Assembly: GCA_000276965.1 (NCBI GenBank)
Contig: AKKQ01000001.1
Coordinates: 11,129-75,128, forward strand
Length of the DNA: 64,000 nt
Direction: 5' to 3'
DNA from: Thiovulum sp. ES
GTDB taxonomy: Bacteria > Campylobacterota > Campylobacteria > Campylobacterales > Thiovulaceae
In this document: in pieces, positions 20,237 through 29,866 of the stretch
How positions within the stretch are numbered: position 1 is the stretch's first letter
Layout: each line of letters opens with the position of its first letter
The notes under the pieces: generated by a model
Database searches by the model: none
Told to the model about the DNA's origin: nothing
What the model saw: only the letters and a program-made list of their open reading frames with translations
Program-made: the position numbers and the translations under genes

Positions 20237-20692
20237 ATGGAAGAAAAATTAACAAAAGCCCAGAAAATTCTGGTTGATTTTCATCAAAAATTTGAGCTTT
20301 TTAAAGGAATGAACACAAAAGAGCTTCTTGCTGTTGTTGAAAAAGTTCGATTTATCAAACTTGAAAAAGATGAAAAGATTTTTCAAAAAGGTCATACTGG
20401 AAAAGAGTTCTTTTACATAATTGACGGAAGTGTTTCTATTTTAGTTGATGGAAATTTACGAGTTGCCCTTTTGAATAGAAAGACTTTTTTTGGCGAAATG
20501 GCATTTATTACAAAAAAACCTCGAAATGCTTCAGCTTTTGTGGAGAGTGATCAAGCAACACTTCTTGTTATAAATATCAAAGATACAGTTGAACCAACTG
20601 AACCAGAAGCATTCTCAAAACTTTATAAAAATATAAGCGAAGTTCTTGTTGATAAAGTTGAGGAGATGAATAGAAAATTGACAATTTTATAA
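20237..20692 (+). CDS. Stand-alone cyclic-nucleotide-binding domain protein
   Basis: cNMP-binding fold strings (FFYIIDGSV, FFGEMAF, RNASA). Confidence 0.7.
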   Translation: MEEKLTKAQKILVDFHQKFELFKGMNTKELLAVVEKVRFIKLEKDEKIFQKGHTGKEFFYIIDGSVSILVDGNLRVALLNRKTFFGEMAFITKKPRNASAFVESDQATLLVINIKDTVEPTEPEAFSKLYKNISEVLVDKVEEMNRKLTIL

Positions 20693-20777
20693 ATTCTTTA
20701 ACTAATTAAAATTCTTATGGAGTTTCATTTTTGCTAAGATAACAAAATAGATTTTGATTAGTTTAAAGGTTTCAGTG

Positions 20778-22439
20778 ATGAAAAATATTCCAAGTGGCAA
20801 ATATGTGGCATACCCACAAGTGCATTTGCCAAAAAGAGAGTGGGTCGATAAAAAGTTGGAAAATGCACCCCTTTGGTGCAGTGTGGATTTGAGAGATGGA
20901 AACCAAGCACTTATAAACCCTATGGATTTGGAAAAAAAGCTGAAACTATTTAATCTCCTAATCGAAATAGGTTTTAAAAATATAGAAGTTGGTTTTCCAT
21001 CTGCATCAAAAACAGAGTTTCAATTTTTAAGAACACTTGTGGAAAAAGACCTCATCCCCGAAGATGTTACGGTTCAAGTTCTTGTTCAGGCTCGAGAGCA
21101 TTTGATAAAAAAAACTTTTAAAGCATTGCAAGGTGTTAAAAGTGCAGTTGTTCATCTTTACAACTCAACATCAGTTGCACAGCGAAAGATCGTGTTTCAA
21201 AAAGAGAAGAGAGAGATTATTGATTTAGCTTTGCATGGAGTTGATTTGGTAAAAGAGGAGATGAAAAATTTTGACGGCAAAATAACTCTCGAATATTCAC
21301 CAGAAAGTTTCACAGGAACTGAATTAGATTTTGCTTTAGAAATTTGCGATGAGGTTGTTGATCTTTGGGGTGGAACTCCTGAAAACAGGGTGATTATAAA
21401 TTTACCCGCAACTGTTGAGATGGCGACTCCAAATATTTATGCCGATCAAATTGAGTTTATGAGCAAAAGTTTCAAAAAACGGGACTCAATTATTCTTTCA
21501 CTTCATGCACATAACGACCGCGGAACAGCAGTTGCTGCAACTGAATTGGCACTTCTCGCTGGAGCAGATAGAGTTGAGGGGACACTTCTTGGAAATGGTG
21601 AAAGAACTGGAAATGTTGATATTTTGACACTCGCCTTAAACATGACAACACAGGGAATTGAGTCAAATTTGGACTTTTCAAATGTGGATAAAGTTGTCGA
21701 AGTTGTTGAGCAAGTTACAGAAATTGAAACGGGAGTTCGGCATCCATATGTCGGAAAACTTGTTTATACAGCTTTTTCAGGTTCTCATCAAGATGCGATA
21801 AATAAGGGATTTGCATTCCAAAGACGAAAAGATGATCCATTTTGGGAAGTCCCATATTTGCCAATTGATCCAAGTGATGTCGGTCGGACTTATGAAGATG
21901 TAATTCGGATAAATTCGCAATCTGGAAAAGGTGGAATTGCCTATATTTTAGAAAATGAGTTTGGATTTCAAATCCCAAAAAATATGCATCCAGAAGTTGG
22001 AAAAGTGATTCAGCGAAAAAGCGATGAGGTCGAACGAGTCTTGACAAATAGTGAAGTTTTTGAAGAGTTCGATCGAGAATATATTTCACAAGATTGTAAA
22101 TTAGAATTTATCTCTTTTAAACGATTACAAAAAGATGATCAAGTTCGTTGTAAATTAGATTTCAACTTCAACGGAAAAAAATTCAACGAATGCGGAATTG
22201 GAAACGGAATTTTAGATTCAACAAAAAATGCAATTCAAAAAGTTGTTAATGTTGATTTTGAAATCATCTCATTCAATGAACACTCAAAAGGTGAAGGCTC
22301 AAAAGCAACTGCAGTAGCTTATACACAAATTGAGAATAATAAGTTTGAGAGGCTATTTGGAATTGGTATTGACACAGACACAACAAAAGCTTCAATCAAG
22401 TCAATTTTTTCCGCACTCAATAGAACTTTAGGAAAGTAG
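20778..22439 (+). CDS. leuA: 2-isopropylmalate synthase (long form)
   Basis: WCSVDLRDGNQ and HAHNDRGTAVA, plus a C-terminal regulatory domain. ATG 20778 is preferred over the TTG at 20754. Confidence 0.9.
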   Translation: MKNIPSGKYVAYPQVHLPKREWVDKKLENAPLWCSVDLRDGNQALINPMDLEKKLKLFNLLIEIGFKNIEVGFPSASKTEFQFLRTLVEKDLIPEDVTVQVLVQAREHLIKKTFKALQGVKSAVVHLYNSTSVAQRKIVFQKEKREIIDLALHGVDLVKEEMKNFDGKITLEYSPESFTGTELDFALEICDEVVDLWGGTPENRVIINLPATVEMATPNIYADQIEFMSKSFKKRDSIILSLHAHNDRGTAVAATELALLAGADRVEGTLLGNGERTGNVDILTLALNMTTQGIESNLDFSNVDKVVEVVEQVTEIETGVRHPYVGKLVYTAFSGSHQDAINKGFAFQRRKDDPFWEVPYLPIDPSDVGRTYEDVIRINSQSGKGGIAYILENEFGFQIPKNMHPEVGKVIQRKSDEVERVLTNSEVFEEFDREYISQDCKLEFISFKRLQKDDQVRCKLDFNFNGKKFNECGIGNGILDSTKNAIQKVVNVDFEIISFNEHSKGEGSKATAVAYTQIENNKFERLFGIGIDTDTTKASIKSIFSALNRTLGK

Positions 22440-22440
22440 A

Positions 22441-23766
22441 GTGAAACAACTATTTTTAATTTCTGTTCTAGTTTCAACTCTCTTCTCTTCTTCCGTTGAA
22501 TTCCTCCAATGGAGGGACGGAGAAACATTTTTAGGATTCCTAGAAAGTGAAAAACTTCCATTTAAACTCTACTATGATGCTGATAATGATGATAAAAAAT
22601 TAACAGAAGATATTAATAGCCAAACAAAATATTATATTTTAAGAGATGAAGAAGATGGCAGTGTAAAGCAGATTTTAATTCCTGTTGGGGATGAAATCCA
22701 GATACACATTTATAAATATAAAAAAGATTATTTTATGGAAGCTGTTCCGATAGAGTATCAGAAAATAGAAGAGCAATTTATAACAGAAATAACAGAAAGT
22801 TCAATTTATGAAAATGTCAAAAATTTAAGTAATTCAGTTTCCCTCGCAAAATTCGTCCAAAAAACATTAGAAAATTCAGTAAATTTTAAAAGAATCCAAC
22901 GGGGAAGTATTCTTGCACTTCTCTACAAAAGAAATTATAGATTAGGTGTTCCATTTGGTGATGTTGATTTAAAAATTGCAATGTTACGAATGGGAAGTAG
23001 TGAAAAATATGTTATCAAATTTGATGAAAAAAATTACAATTTTTATGGAGAGAGATTAGAAGAGAGCGGTTTAATGCTACCGCTAAAAGATAAATATAGA
23101 GTATCTTCCAGATTTACAAAAAAACGGTGGCATCCAATTCTAAAAAAATATCGAGCTCATTTAGGAATTGACTATGCGGCGAGAAGAGGAAGTCCGATTT
23201 ATGCCTCTGGAAAGGGAAAAGTTATTTTTGTTGGAAAAACTCGAGGTTATGGAAATCTTGTTAAAATTCAACATAGTGGCGGATACTTAACACTCTATGC
23301 CCATTTAAAAAGATACCGTTCAGATTTAAGAAGAGGAACAGTTGTTCATCAAGGTGAATTTATTGGTGAGGTTGGTTCAACTGGACTCTCTTCAGGACCT
23401 CATCTGCATTTTGGACTTTATAAAGACGGAACAGCGATAAATCCAAATCATCTGATTTCTGTAAAATTTAGTAACAGAATAGGAGAAGAAGAGATGGAGA
23501 GATTTGCCGATATTCGAGGCGATTACAACAGGGAACTACAAACCCTACTTCGAGATTACCGAAGCGGACGAAAAGACCTTATTTCTCGATACGAAGATAT
23601 TGAGACAAAATGCAAAACAACTCTTTCAAATATAAGTGCAAAAGATCAAGTAACAGTTATTTTTGAACCAAAAGAAGATATATATACTAACAATTTCAAC
23701 AAATACAGAAATCCCGCACCAGATACAGAATATTTAGAACTTTCTGAAGATTATATGGAGTATTAA
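22441..23766 (+). CDS. M23/LytM-family metallopeptidase with signal peptide
   Basis: HLGIDYAA, GYGNLVKIQH, GPHLHF. GTG start. Confidence 0.85.
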   Translation: MKQLFLISVLVSTLFSSSVEFLQWRDGETFLGFLESEKLPFKLYYDADNDDKKLTEDINSQTKYYILRDEEDGSVKQILIPVGDEIQIHIYKYKKDYFMEAVPIEYQKIEEQFITEITESSIYENVKNLSNSVSLAKFVQKTLENSVNFKRIQRGSILALLYKRNYRLGVPFGDVDLKIAMLRMGSSEKYVIKFDEKNYNFYGERLEESGLMLPLKDKYRVSSRFTKKRWHPILKKYRAHLGIDYAARRGSPIYASGKGKVIFVGKTRGYGNLVKIQHSGGYLTLYAHLKRYRSDLRRGTVVHQGEFIGEVGSTGLSSGPHLHFGLYKDGTAINPNHLISVKFSNRIGEEEMERFADIRGDYNRELQTLLRDYRSGRKDLISRYEDIETKCKTTLSNISAKDQVTVIFEPKEDIYTNNFNKYRNPAPDTEYLELSEDYMEY

Positions 23767-23767
23767 G

Positions 23768-24349
23768 ATGAAATTTTTTGCCCTTTTTTTTACCCTTTCA
23801 ACTCTGCTTTTTGCAGAACTTGAAATAAGTTTTCCAGAAGATGAAGAAGTTGTTGATTATAAAAGTATTGTTGCTTTTGAGTTTGGTCTAGGATCACTTT
23901 CTCGACCAAAAGTAAATACTATTTCTGGCGAGGCAGATATAAAAAGAGACTTTACAAATTTGGGTTTTAAACTTGGTGCAGAAGATATTGGTTTGCGACT
24001 CTTTTTATCATACCGTCCAATAATTCTACAAGATGCAACAGCTCAAAGTTTTGGAATTGAACTAGACTCAATGATTGATTTATCAAGTAAAATGAAATTT
24101 TTCTACGGCTTGGCGGTCGGCGGATTGCTATACGAAATTGTTGATAAAAATGAGACTTCTACTTACAAAACAAGTTGGAACAACTATTACGGTTTTGGAA
24201 CGGGTTTGGTTTTTGAAATTTCAAAACAGTTTGAAATTGAATTTTCAGGACGATATTCGATTACAAATATAAACGATGATTCCGTGGATAGTTCATATGT
24301 CTTTGATCAATTTATGAACTACTACATCGGGTTAAACTATAAATTTTAG
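23768..24349 (+). CDS. Small outer-membrane beta-barrel protein
   Basis: Signal peptide, alternating beta-strand pattern and a C-terminal GLNYKF. Confidence 0.6.
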   Translation: MKFFALFFTLSTLLFAELEISFPEDEEVVDYKSIVAFEFGLGSLSRPKVNTISGEADIKRDFTNLGFKLGAEDIGLRLFLSYRPIILQDATAQSFGIELDSMIDLSSKMKFFYGLAVGGLLYEIVDKNETSTYKTSWNNYYGFGTGLVFEISKQFEIEFSGRYSITNINDDSVDSSYVFDQFMNYYIGLNYKF

Positions 24350-24356
24350 GAAAAAT

Positions 24357-24890
24357 ATGATTATAAAATATAAAAATTACACTCCAAAAATTGGAGAGAA
24401 TGCTTGGGTTGCCGAGACCTCATCAGTAATTGGTGATGTTGAAATGGCAGAAGATAGTGCAGTTTGGTTTGGCTGTGTTGTTCGAGGTGATGTTCATTCA
24501 ATTAGAATTGGAAAGCGATCAAATATTCAAGACCTCTCAATGATTCACACAACTCACCACAAAGGCGAAGAGCGACGAGATGATGATGGAAATCCAACTT
24601 ATATCGGCGATGATGTTACAGTCGGACATCGAGTTATGTTGCACGGTTGTAAAATTGAAGATGCTTGTTTAATTGGAATGAGTGCAACAATTCTTGATGG
24701 TGCTGTTATTGGAAAAGAGTCAATTGTCGGAGCTGGTTCGCTTGTAACAAAAGGAAAAAAATTTCCACCAAGATCACTGATTATGGGTTCTCCTGCAAAA
24801 GTTGTTAGAGAATTAACAGACGATGAGGTCGCTGAACTCTATGCTTCTGCTAGACGATATGTAGAATTTAAAAATAGTTATACGGATTAA
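24357..24890 (+). CDS. Gamma-carbonic-anhydrase-like hexapeptide-repeat protein
   Basis: Left-handed beta-helix repeats (VIGDVEMAEDSAVWFGCVVRGD, IGMSATILDGAVIG). Confidence 0.8.
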   Translation: MIIKYKNYTPKIGENAWVAETSSVIGDVEMAEDSAVWFGCVVRGDVHSIRIGKRSNIQDLSMIHTTHHKGEERRDDDGNPTYIGDDVTVGHRVMLHGCKIEDACLIGMSATILDGAVIGKESIVGAGSLVTKGKKFPPRSLIMGSPAKVVRELTDDEVAELYASARRYVEFKNSYTD

Positions 24891-24892
24891 TT

Positions 24893-25498
24893 TTGGCTGG
24901 GAAATATATACTTTTTGAAGGAATTGATGGAGTTGGTAAATCAACTCAAATAAAACTTTTAGATGATAGATTTCACAATCTTGTTATTACTAGAGAACCG
25001 GGAGGTACAGATTTCGGTCTTCAAATTCGAGAAATTCTCTTAAATTCAACTTTGACTCTTTCGCCAATGTCGGAAACTCTCTTTTTTCTTGTTGATCGAG
25101 CAGAACACTTTAATAGAATTGTCTCTTTTGCAACAGCAAATGGCGGAACAGTTGTTAGCGATCGTGGTTTGCTTTCAGGAATTGCTTACTCGCGAGATGA
25201 AGCTTTTACTGACAGAGAACTTATAGATTTAAATCTTAAAGCGATTAAAAACAGAAAACCTGACTTGCTTTTTCTATTCACAATTTCAAAAGAGAAATAT
25301 ATTGAACGATTAGAAAAAAGAGGAAATCTTGACAGAATTGAGTCTTTTGGAATCGATTTTGCAATGGAGACACAGGAGCGATTCAAAAAATTCAGCGAAC
25401 TGGTCGCAAAAAGAGTTATTTATATAGATTCAGAAAAATCGATGAATGAGATTCATGAACTTGTTTCTAGTGAAGTCGAAAAATGCTTAAACTCTTAA
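24893..25498 (+). CDS. tmk: Thymidylate kinase
   Basis: P-loop FEGIDGVGKST and TREPGGT. TTG start. Confidence 0.9.
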   Translation: MAGKYILFEGIDGVGKSTQIKLLDDRFHNLVITREPGGTDFGLQIREILLNSTLTLSPMSETLFFLVDRAEHFNRIVSFATANGGTVVSDRGLLSGIAYSRDEAFTDRELIDLNLKAIKNRKPDLLFLFTISKEKYIERLEKRGNLDRIESFGIDFAMETQERFKKFSELVAKRVIYIDSEKSMNEIHELVSSEVEKCLNS

Positions 25499-26220
25499 TT
25501 CCTCTATTTTTTTTTATCTCTTGCTCAGAGAAAAATATAAATTCTATTGATTCATACAAAGTTTTAAATCAAAAAGAGGAAAAAATTTTTCCAACAAAAT
25601 ATCTTGTCTCCGTAAATGGAGATGAGAATTTGGAAAACTCTCTTCAATCTCTCTCAACTGTTGAGATTTCTGAAAACTCCGAATTTCTTGTTTCAGTTTC
25701 AAAAAAAGTTGAAAATCTTGGAAAGAAAAAACTATATTTTGGAGTTATAAGAATTGAGAACTCTAAACACAATTTTGAGGAGAAGAGTTTTCCATTTTCT
25801 GGAGAAAAGAGTGAATTTGAAAAAATCTTTAAAAAAGTAGCAGATTTTTTTTCAAGAAAACGGGCTTTTATTTCTGAAAAAAGAGAAGATTCTTATGGAG
25901 AGACAATTTTTAAAATAAATATTGGTAAAAGAAGCGGAATTTCTGAAAACATGAGAGCCGATATTTTTACATACAAAATAGATGATAGTTTTTTTAATAA
26001 AGAGAGAGAGACGAAAAGAACAAAAGTTGCAACTGCAACTGTTTCAAACATTATTGAAGAGGATTCTTCTTGGGTAATTTTGGAGAATAATAAATTTTCA
26101 AATAGAGTCTCTGAGGGCGATGAGGTCTTTTTTGGAAAAGGAAAATTTAGCGAATATCTTCTTGATGGAAAACTATTCATAAAAACAAACAGTAATTTGA
26201 TAGAAAATAAGTTAAAATGA
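25483..26220 (+). CDS. Lipoprotein, unknown function
   Basis: Lipobox LFFFISC. A T9 tract (25507-25515) lies inside the signal-peptide codons. Confidence 0.55.
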   Translation: MLKLLIPLFFFISCSEKNINSIDSYKVLNQKEEKIFPTKYLVSVNGDENLENSLQSLSTVEISENSEFLVSVSKKVENLGKKKLYFGVIRIENSKHNFEEKSFPFSGEKSEFEKIFKKVADFFSRKRAFISEKREDSYGETIFKINIGKRSGISENMRADIFTYKIDDSFFNKERETKRTKVATATVSNIIEEDSSWVILENNKFSNRVSEGDEVFFGKGKFSEYLLDGKLFIKTNSNLIENKLK

Positions 26221-26441
26221 GAGAAATAAAATTAAATAATATTTGTGATAATTTAAAAGCTATTGAGAATATCGAAAATGGTGATATTTTGCTATTAAAT
26301 AGAAACAAGCCTTTTGCAGTTCTTGTCGAATATAGCCACTATTTAAAAATGAATACAAAAAATATTGCATCGCAAGATGAGAGACTTGAGTTATTAAAAG
26401 ATGTTAGAGGTAGTTTAGATTTAAGGAGTTTAAGGGAGTGA
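26217..26441 (+). CDS. Phd/YefM-like antitoxin-fold small protein (orphan)
   Basis: IKLNNICDNLKAIENIENGDILLLNRNKPFAVLVEYSHYLKM fits the Phd/YefM N-terminal pattern. Overlaps the recN start by 4 nt. Confidence 0.4.
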   Translation: MREIKLNNICDNLKAIENIENGDILLLNRNKPFAVLVEYSHYLKMNTKNIASQDERLELLKDVRGSLDLRSLRE

Positions 26442-27936
26442 TAAAAGAGTTTTATTTGGAAAATAATCTTTCATTTAAAAGAGTGGGACTCTGTTTTAAA
26501 AATGGATTGGTGCTTTTTACTGGCGGAAGTGGAGCGGGAAAATCTGTATTATTAAATGCGATGCTTTCAACAATTGCACAAAAAACTCTCTATTCTGAAA
26601 GTTCAGAGCTGATACTAGAGAAAAAAAGTTTTATGCAAACTAAAAAAGGGCGAGTTAAATTTCTTATTGATGGGAAAACAACAACAAAAAAAATGTCTCT
26701 AAAATTGGAGAAAGTTTTATAACACACTTAAATCCAAGAGAGATTCGTGAATTTGAATCAGATTTTTTAATTCAGATTCTTGACACCATTATTTCAAAAA
26801 AAGATGAAGATTTTTTAGATTTACAGAAAAATTATAGAGAGACTTATTCTAGTTTTTTGGAGATAAAAAATTACATTTCAACCCTAGAAAATGAAAAAGA
26901 TGAGATAAATAGAGAAATTGAAAATAATGCATCTAGTCTTAAACTTGTTAAAAGCTTAAAACCAAAAATCGGTGAAGATAAAGAGCTTCAAGCACTAAAA
27001 AAACGAGTTTCAAAAAAAGAGAAAATTTCTGAATACATTTCTGAAGTCCAGCCACTTTTAGGTAGTTCAAAAGATTTTTTTGAGATTTTTGATTTGATGG
27101 GTTTAGAGAAAGAGGCTGAAGAGGTTCGTAATTTTTTCTACGGTTTGGAAGAGAGACTCGATGAAATCGAAGATGAATTATCGGATTTGGCGGATGTAAA
27201 TATTGAGAGTTTGCTTGATAGAATTGAGAAGTTGAGCGAATTAAGATCGGAATTTGGTTCAATTGAGAATGCTATTTCTGCGAGAGAGAGAGATGATGAA
27301 TCTAGAAAAAGAGTGTCTGAAATTAAAAATACTCGAAAAAATATTGAAAAGATTTATAAAATTCGACTGAATGAATTGGAGACTCTTTCAGATGAAATTT
27401 CAGAAAAGCGAACTCAATTATTAAATAATTTTTCAGAGAGCCTAAATTACTATTTAGAGCTTTTAAGCTTGGGAAATTCAAAAATATCTTTGAGAAAAAA
27501 GGGTTTTTCTGAAAATGGAACTGACCTCATCGATATTAATGTTTCAAAAACAGATTTGGAAAAACTGAGTTACGGAGAACAGAACAGAGTCCGATTGGCA
27601 ATTCTTGCAGTAAAAGCAAAGTTTGGTTCTGAAAAAAGTGTTCTTTTTCTCGATGAGGTCGATGCAAATTTGAGCGGTGAAGAGGCGACAAAAGTTGCAA
27701 AAGTTCTTCGCGATCTCTCTCAAAAACATCAAGTTTTTGCAATTTCTCACCAAGCTCAACTATCTTCACAAGCGGATCAGCATTTTTTTGTTTGGAAAAA
27801 GAGTGGGGAAAGCTTTGTTCGTGAATTACATACATTAGAAGAGAGAGCAAGTGAAATCGCTCGAATGGTTGGCGGAAACTTGGAAAATCCAGACATAAAG
27901 AATTTCGCAATGAAATTATTACTAAAGAGAGAATAA
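26438..27936 (+). pseudogene. recN: DNA repair protein RecN, interrupted by a frameshift in an A8 tract (26686-26693)
   Basis: The N-terminal ORF (26438-26722) has Walker A GGSGAGKS. The C-terminal ORF has the signature LSYGEQNRV and Walker B LFLDEVDANL. Frame 1 is already open from 26671 (..KNVSKIGESFITHLNPRE..). One extra A would fuse the two parts into a ~499-aa RecN. Confidence 0.8.
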
Positions 27937-27938
27937 AA

Positions 27939-29837
27939 ATGATTGAATACTCATTTTCTTCAAAACCTTATGGAGTTTTAGAAACTTCTGGAGATTTCCA
28001 AGTATTTATCAGCGATATAGAATTTGATATTGTTGTTGTTGGAGATGTTGGCGGACACGACAGTCAAAATATTTTTGAAGTCGCTGAAACATGTAAAAAA
28101 GTTGTTGAAGAAAATGTAGGTGAAAATCTTTCTAAAATCTTCCACTTAATTCATAATGTTAAATCTCTAAAAAAGTATGGATTAGCATTTTTAATTGTAA
28201 AAATCTATAAGAAAACACCAATAATCGAATACATCAGTGTTGGTAATTTGAAATTTATTCTTTTTCGTGAAGAGAATAAAATTCTATTAAAAGGTCAAGA
28301 TGGAATTGTTGGCTACCAAATTCCACCAAAAATAAAGACAAAAATATTCAAGATTAGAAAAAACGATCTCTTCTTTATTTTCACTGATGGTGTCTCTATA
28401 AATGAAAAGAGATTAAAAAATGAGATTGATATTTCGGGGAATGTGGAAAATATTGCAGATGCAATAGTTGAAAAATTTGGAAAACATGATGATGACTCTC
28501 TCTGTTCTGTTTTTAGAGTTATCAGTAAATGTATTGATGTTCCAAATATTTATATTCCAACAGAGGAGATTGCTCGGAATTTTCTTCCAGAAAGTCCTGT
28601 TAAAAAAGCTGTTTTTGTTGAAATTGATAAAAATCAAGCGACTGAAAAATTTGAGTTCAAAAAGAGAGAGAAATTTAAAACTCTCTCAAGTCCAGATATT
28701 GAAATTGATATTGTTGAAACATATCGCTTAAAAGAGAATCTAACACTGCTTTTTGATAATTTACCAATTGAGAGGAATTTGGGAAAAAAAATAAAATATG
28801 TTCTTTTAGAGATTTTCCTAAATCAAAAAGTGATTCGTTTCTCAATGAGTAAAGATATTTTACAAATAAAAGCTCCAATTCAACTTGATCAATACAATCA
28901 GATTTCTGATATTTTTGAAAATCTATTTCTACAAAACAAAATTGATGATATTGCGGTTTTTAAGTTCCAATTCTACGAACCTTTTGACTACATTGAATTT
29001 GAAAAAAAAGGAGTTCCAAAAGCGATTGAGAATGATGTTGATTTAGATACTTTTCAAAATATTATCAAAGAACAGCAAAAGGAAAAACTTTTGCAACAGC
29101 AATCAAAATTAGCAATGATGGGAGAGATGATTGGTGCGATTGCTCATCAGTGGCGACAACCCCTCTCAATTATTAGCGGAGTTCTATTAAATATTGAGGA
29201 TAGTTTTTTTGAGAATGAACTCGATGAAGAGGTTTTACAAGAAGAGTTAGAGACTGCGGAAAATAGCTTGACTTATATGTCAAGAACAATTGATGATTTT
29301 CGGAACTTTTTCGCTCCATCAAAAAATAAGAAAGATTTCTATTTAGAAGACTCGATTATAAATTCTGTTGCAATTGTTTTTGCACAACTTAAAATCCATA
29401 ATATCTCAATATCGCTAAAAAGCGGAGATGAGACAATTTCAGACTTTCATCAAAAAGATGATTTTAATGGCAATCAGAATCAAATTTTTGGTTATCCAAG
29501 TGAATTTACACAAGTTATCTTAAATTTGGTCTCAAATGCAAAAGATGCGATTATCGAAAACGGAATCAGCAACGGTCTAATATCAATTTCAGTTGAAAGA
29601 AAAGGCGATGAGGTCTCTGTTTTTGTTCGTGATAATGGTGGTGGAATTCCCAAAAAAGTTCTCGATCGAGTTTTTGAACCATATTTCACAACAAAAGAGG
29701 AAGGAAAGGGAACAGGAATCGGTTTATACATGAGCAAAATGATTATTGAAGATAATATGGGCGGAGTTCTTAGTGCGAAAAATATCGACGGCGGAACAAT
29801 TTTCACAATCACTTTCAACCTATTCAACCTAGAATAA
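27939..29837 (+). CDS. Cytoplasmic histidine kinase with N-terminal SpoIIE/PP2C-like domain
   Basis: The N-terminus has VGDVGGHD and FIFTDGV (SpoIIE-like). The rest has HisKA IAHQWRQPL and HATPase_c NLVSNAKDA, DNGGGI, GTGIGLYMS. No TM helix and no adjacent response regulator. Confidence 0.75.
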   Translation: MIEYSFSSKPYGVLETSGDFQVFISDIEFDIVVVGDVGGHDSQNIFEVAETCKKVVEENVGENLSKIFHLIHNVKSLKKYGLAFLIVKIYKKTPIIEYISVGNLKFILFREENKILLKGQDGIVGYQIPPKIKTKIFKIRKNDLFFIFTDGVSINEKRLKNEIDISGNVENIADAIVEKFGKHDDDSLCSVFRVISKCIDVPNIYIPTEEIARNFLPESPVKKAVFVEIDKNQATEKFEFKKREKFKTLSSPDIEIDIVETYRLKENLTLLFDNLPIERNLGKKIKYVLLEIFLNQKVIRFSMSKDILQIKAPIQLDQYNQISDIFENLFLQNKIDDIAVFKFQFYEPFDYIEFEKKGVPKAIENDVDLDTFQNIIKEQQKEKLLQQQSKLAMMGEMIGAIAHQWRQPLSIISGVLLNIEDSFFENELDEEVLQEELETAENSLTYMSRTIDDFRNFFAPSKNKKDFYLEDSIINSVAIVFAQLKIHNISISLKSGDETISDFHQKDDFNGNQNQIFGYPSEFTQVILNLVSNAKDAIIENGISNGLISISVERKGDEVSVFVRDNGGGIPKKVLDRVFEPYFTTKEEGKGTGIGLYMSKMIIEDNMGGVLSAKNIDGGTIFTITFNLFNLE

Positions 29838-29866
29838 AATGATAAACTTAAGAGAAAAGGGATTTA

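Noticed and set aside
20754-20777. N-terminal extensions in the ORF track: leuA from TTG 20754, SOR-like gene from ATG 47896, purT from TTG 61486, rny from TTG 18683.
   Set aside because: Downstream starts (20778, 47947, 61519, 18692) have better Shine-Dalgarno spacing and match the usual N-termini of these families. The extensions are probably not translated.
26723-26856. Apparent intergenic gap between two recN fragments.
   Set aside because: Frame 1 is open right across it and encodes RecN-like sequence. The gap is an artefact of start-codon-based ORF calling after the frameshift.
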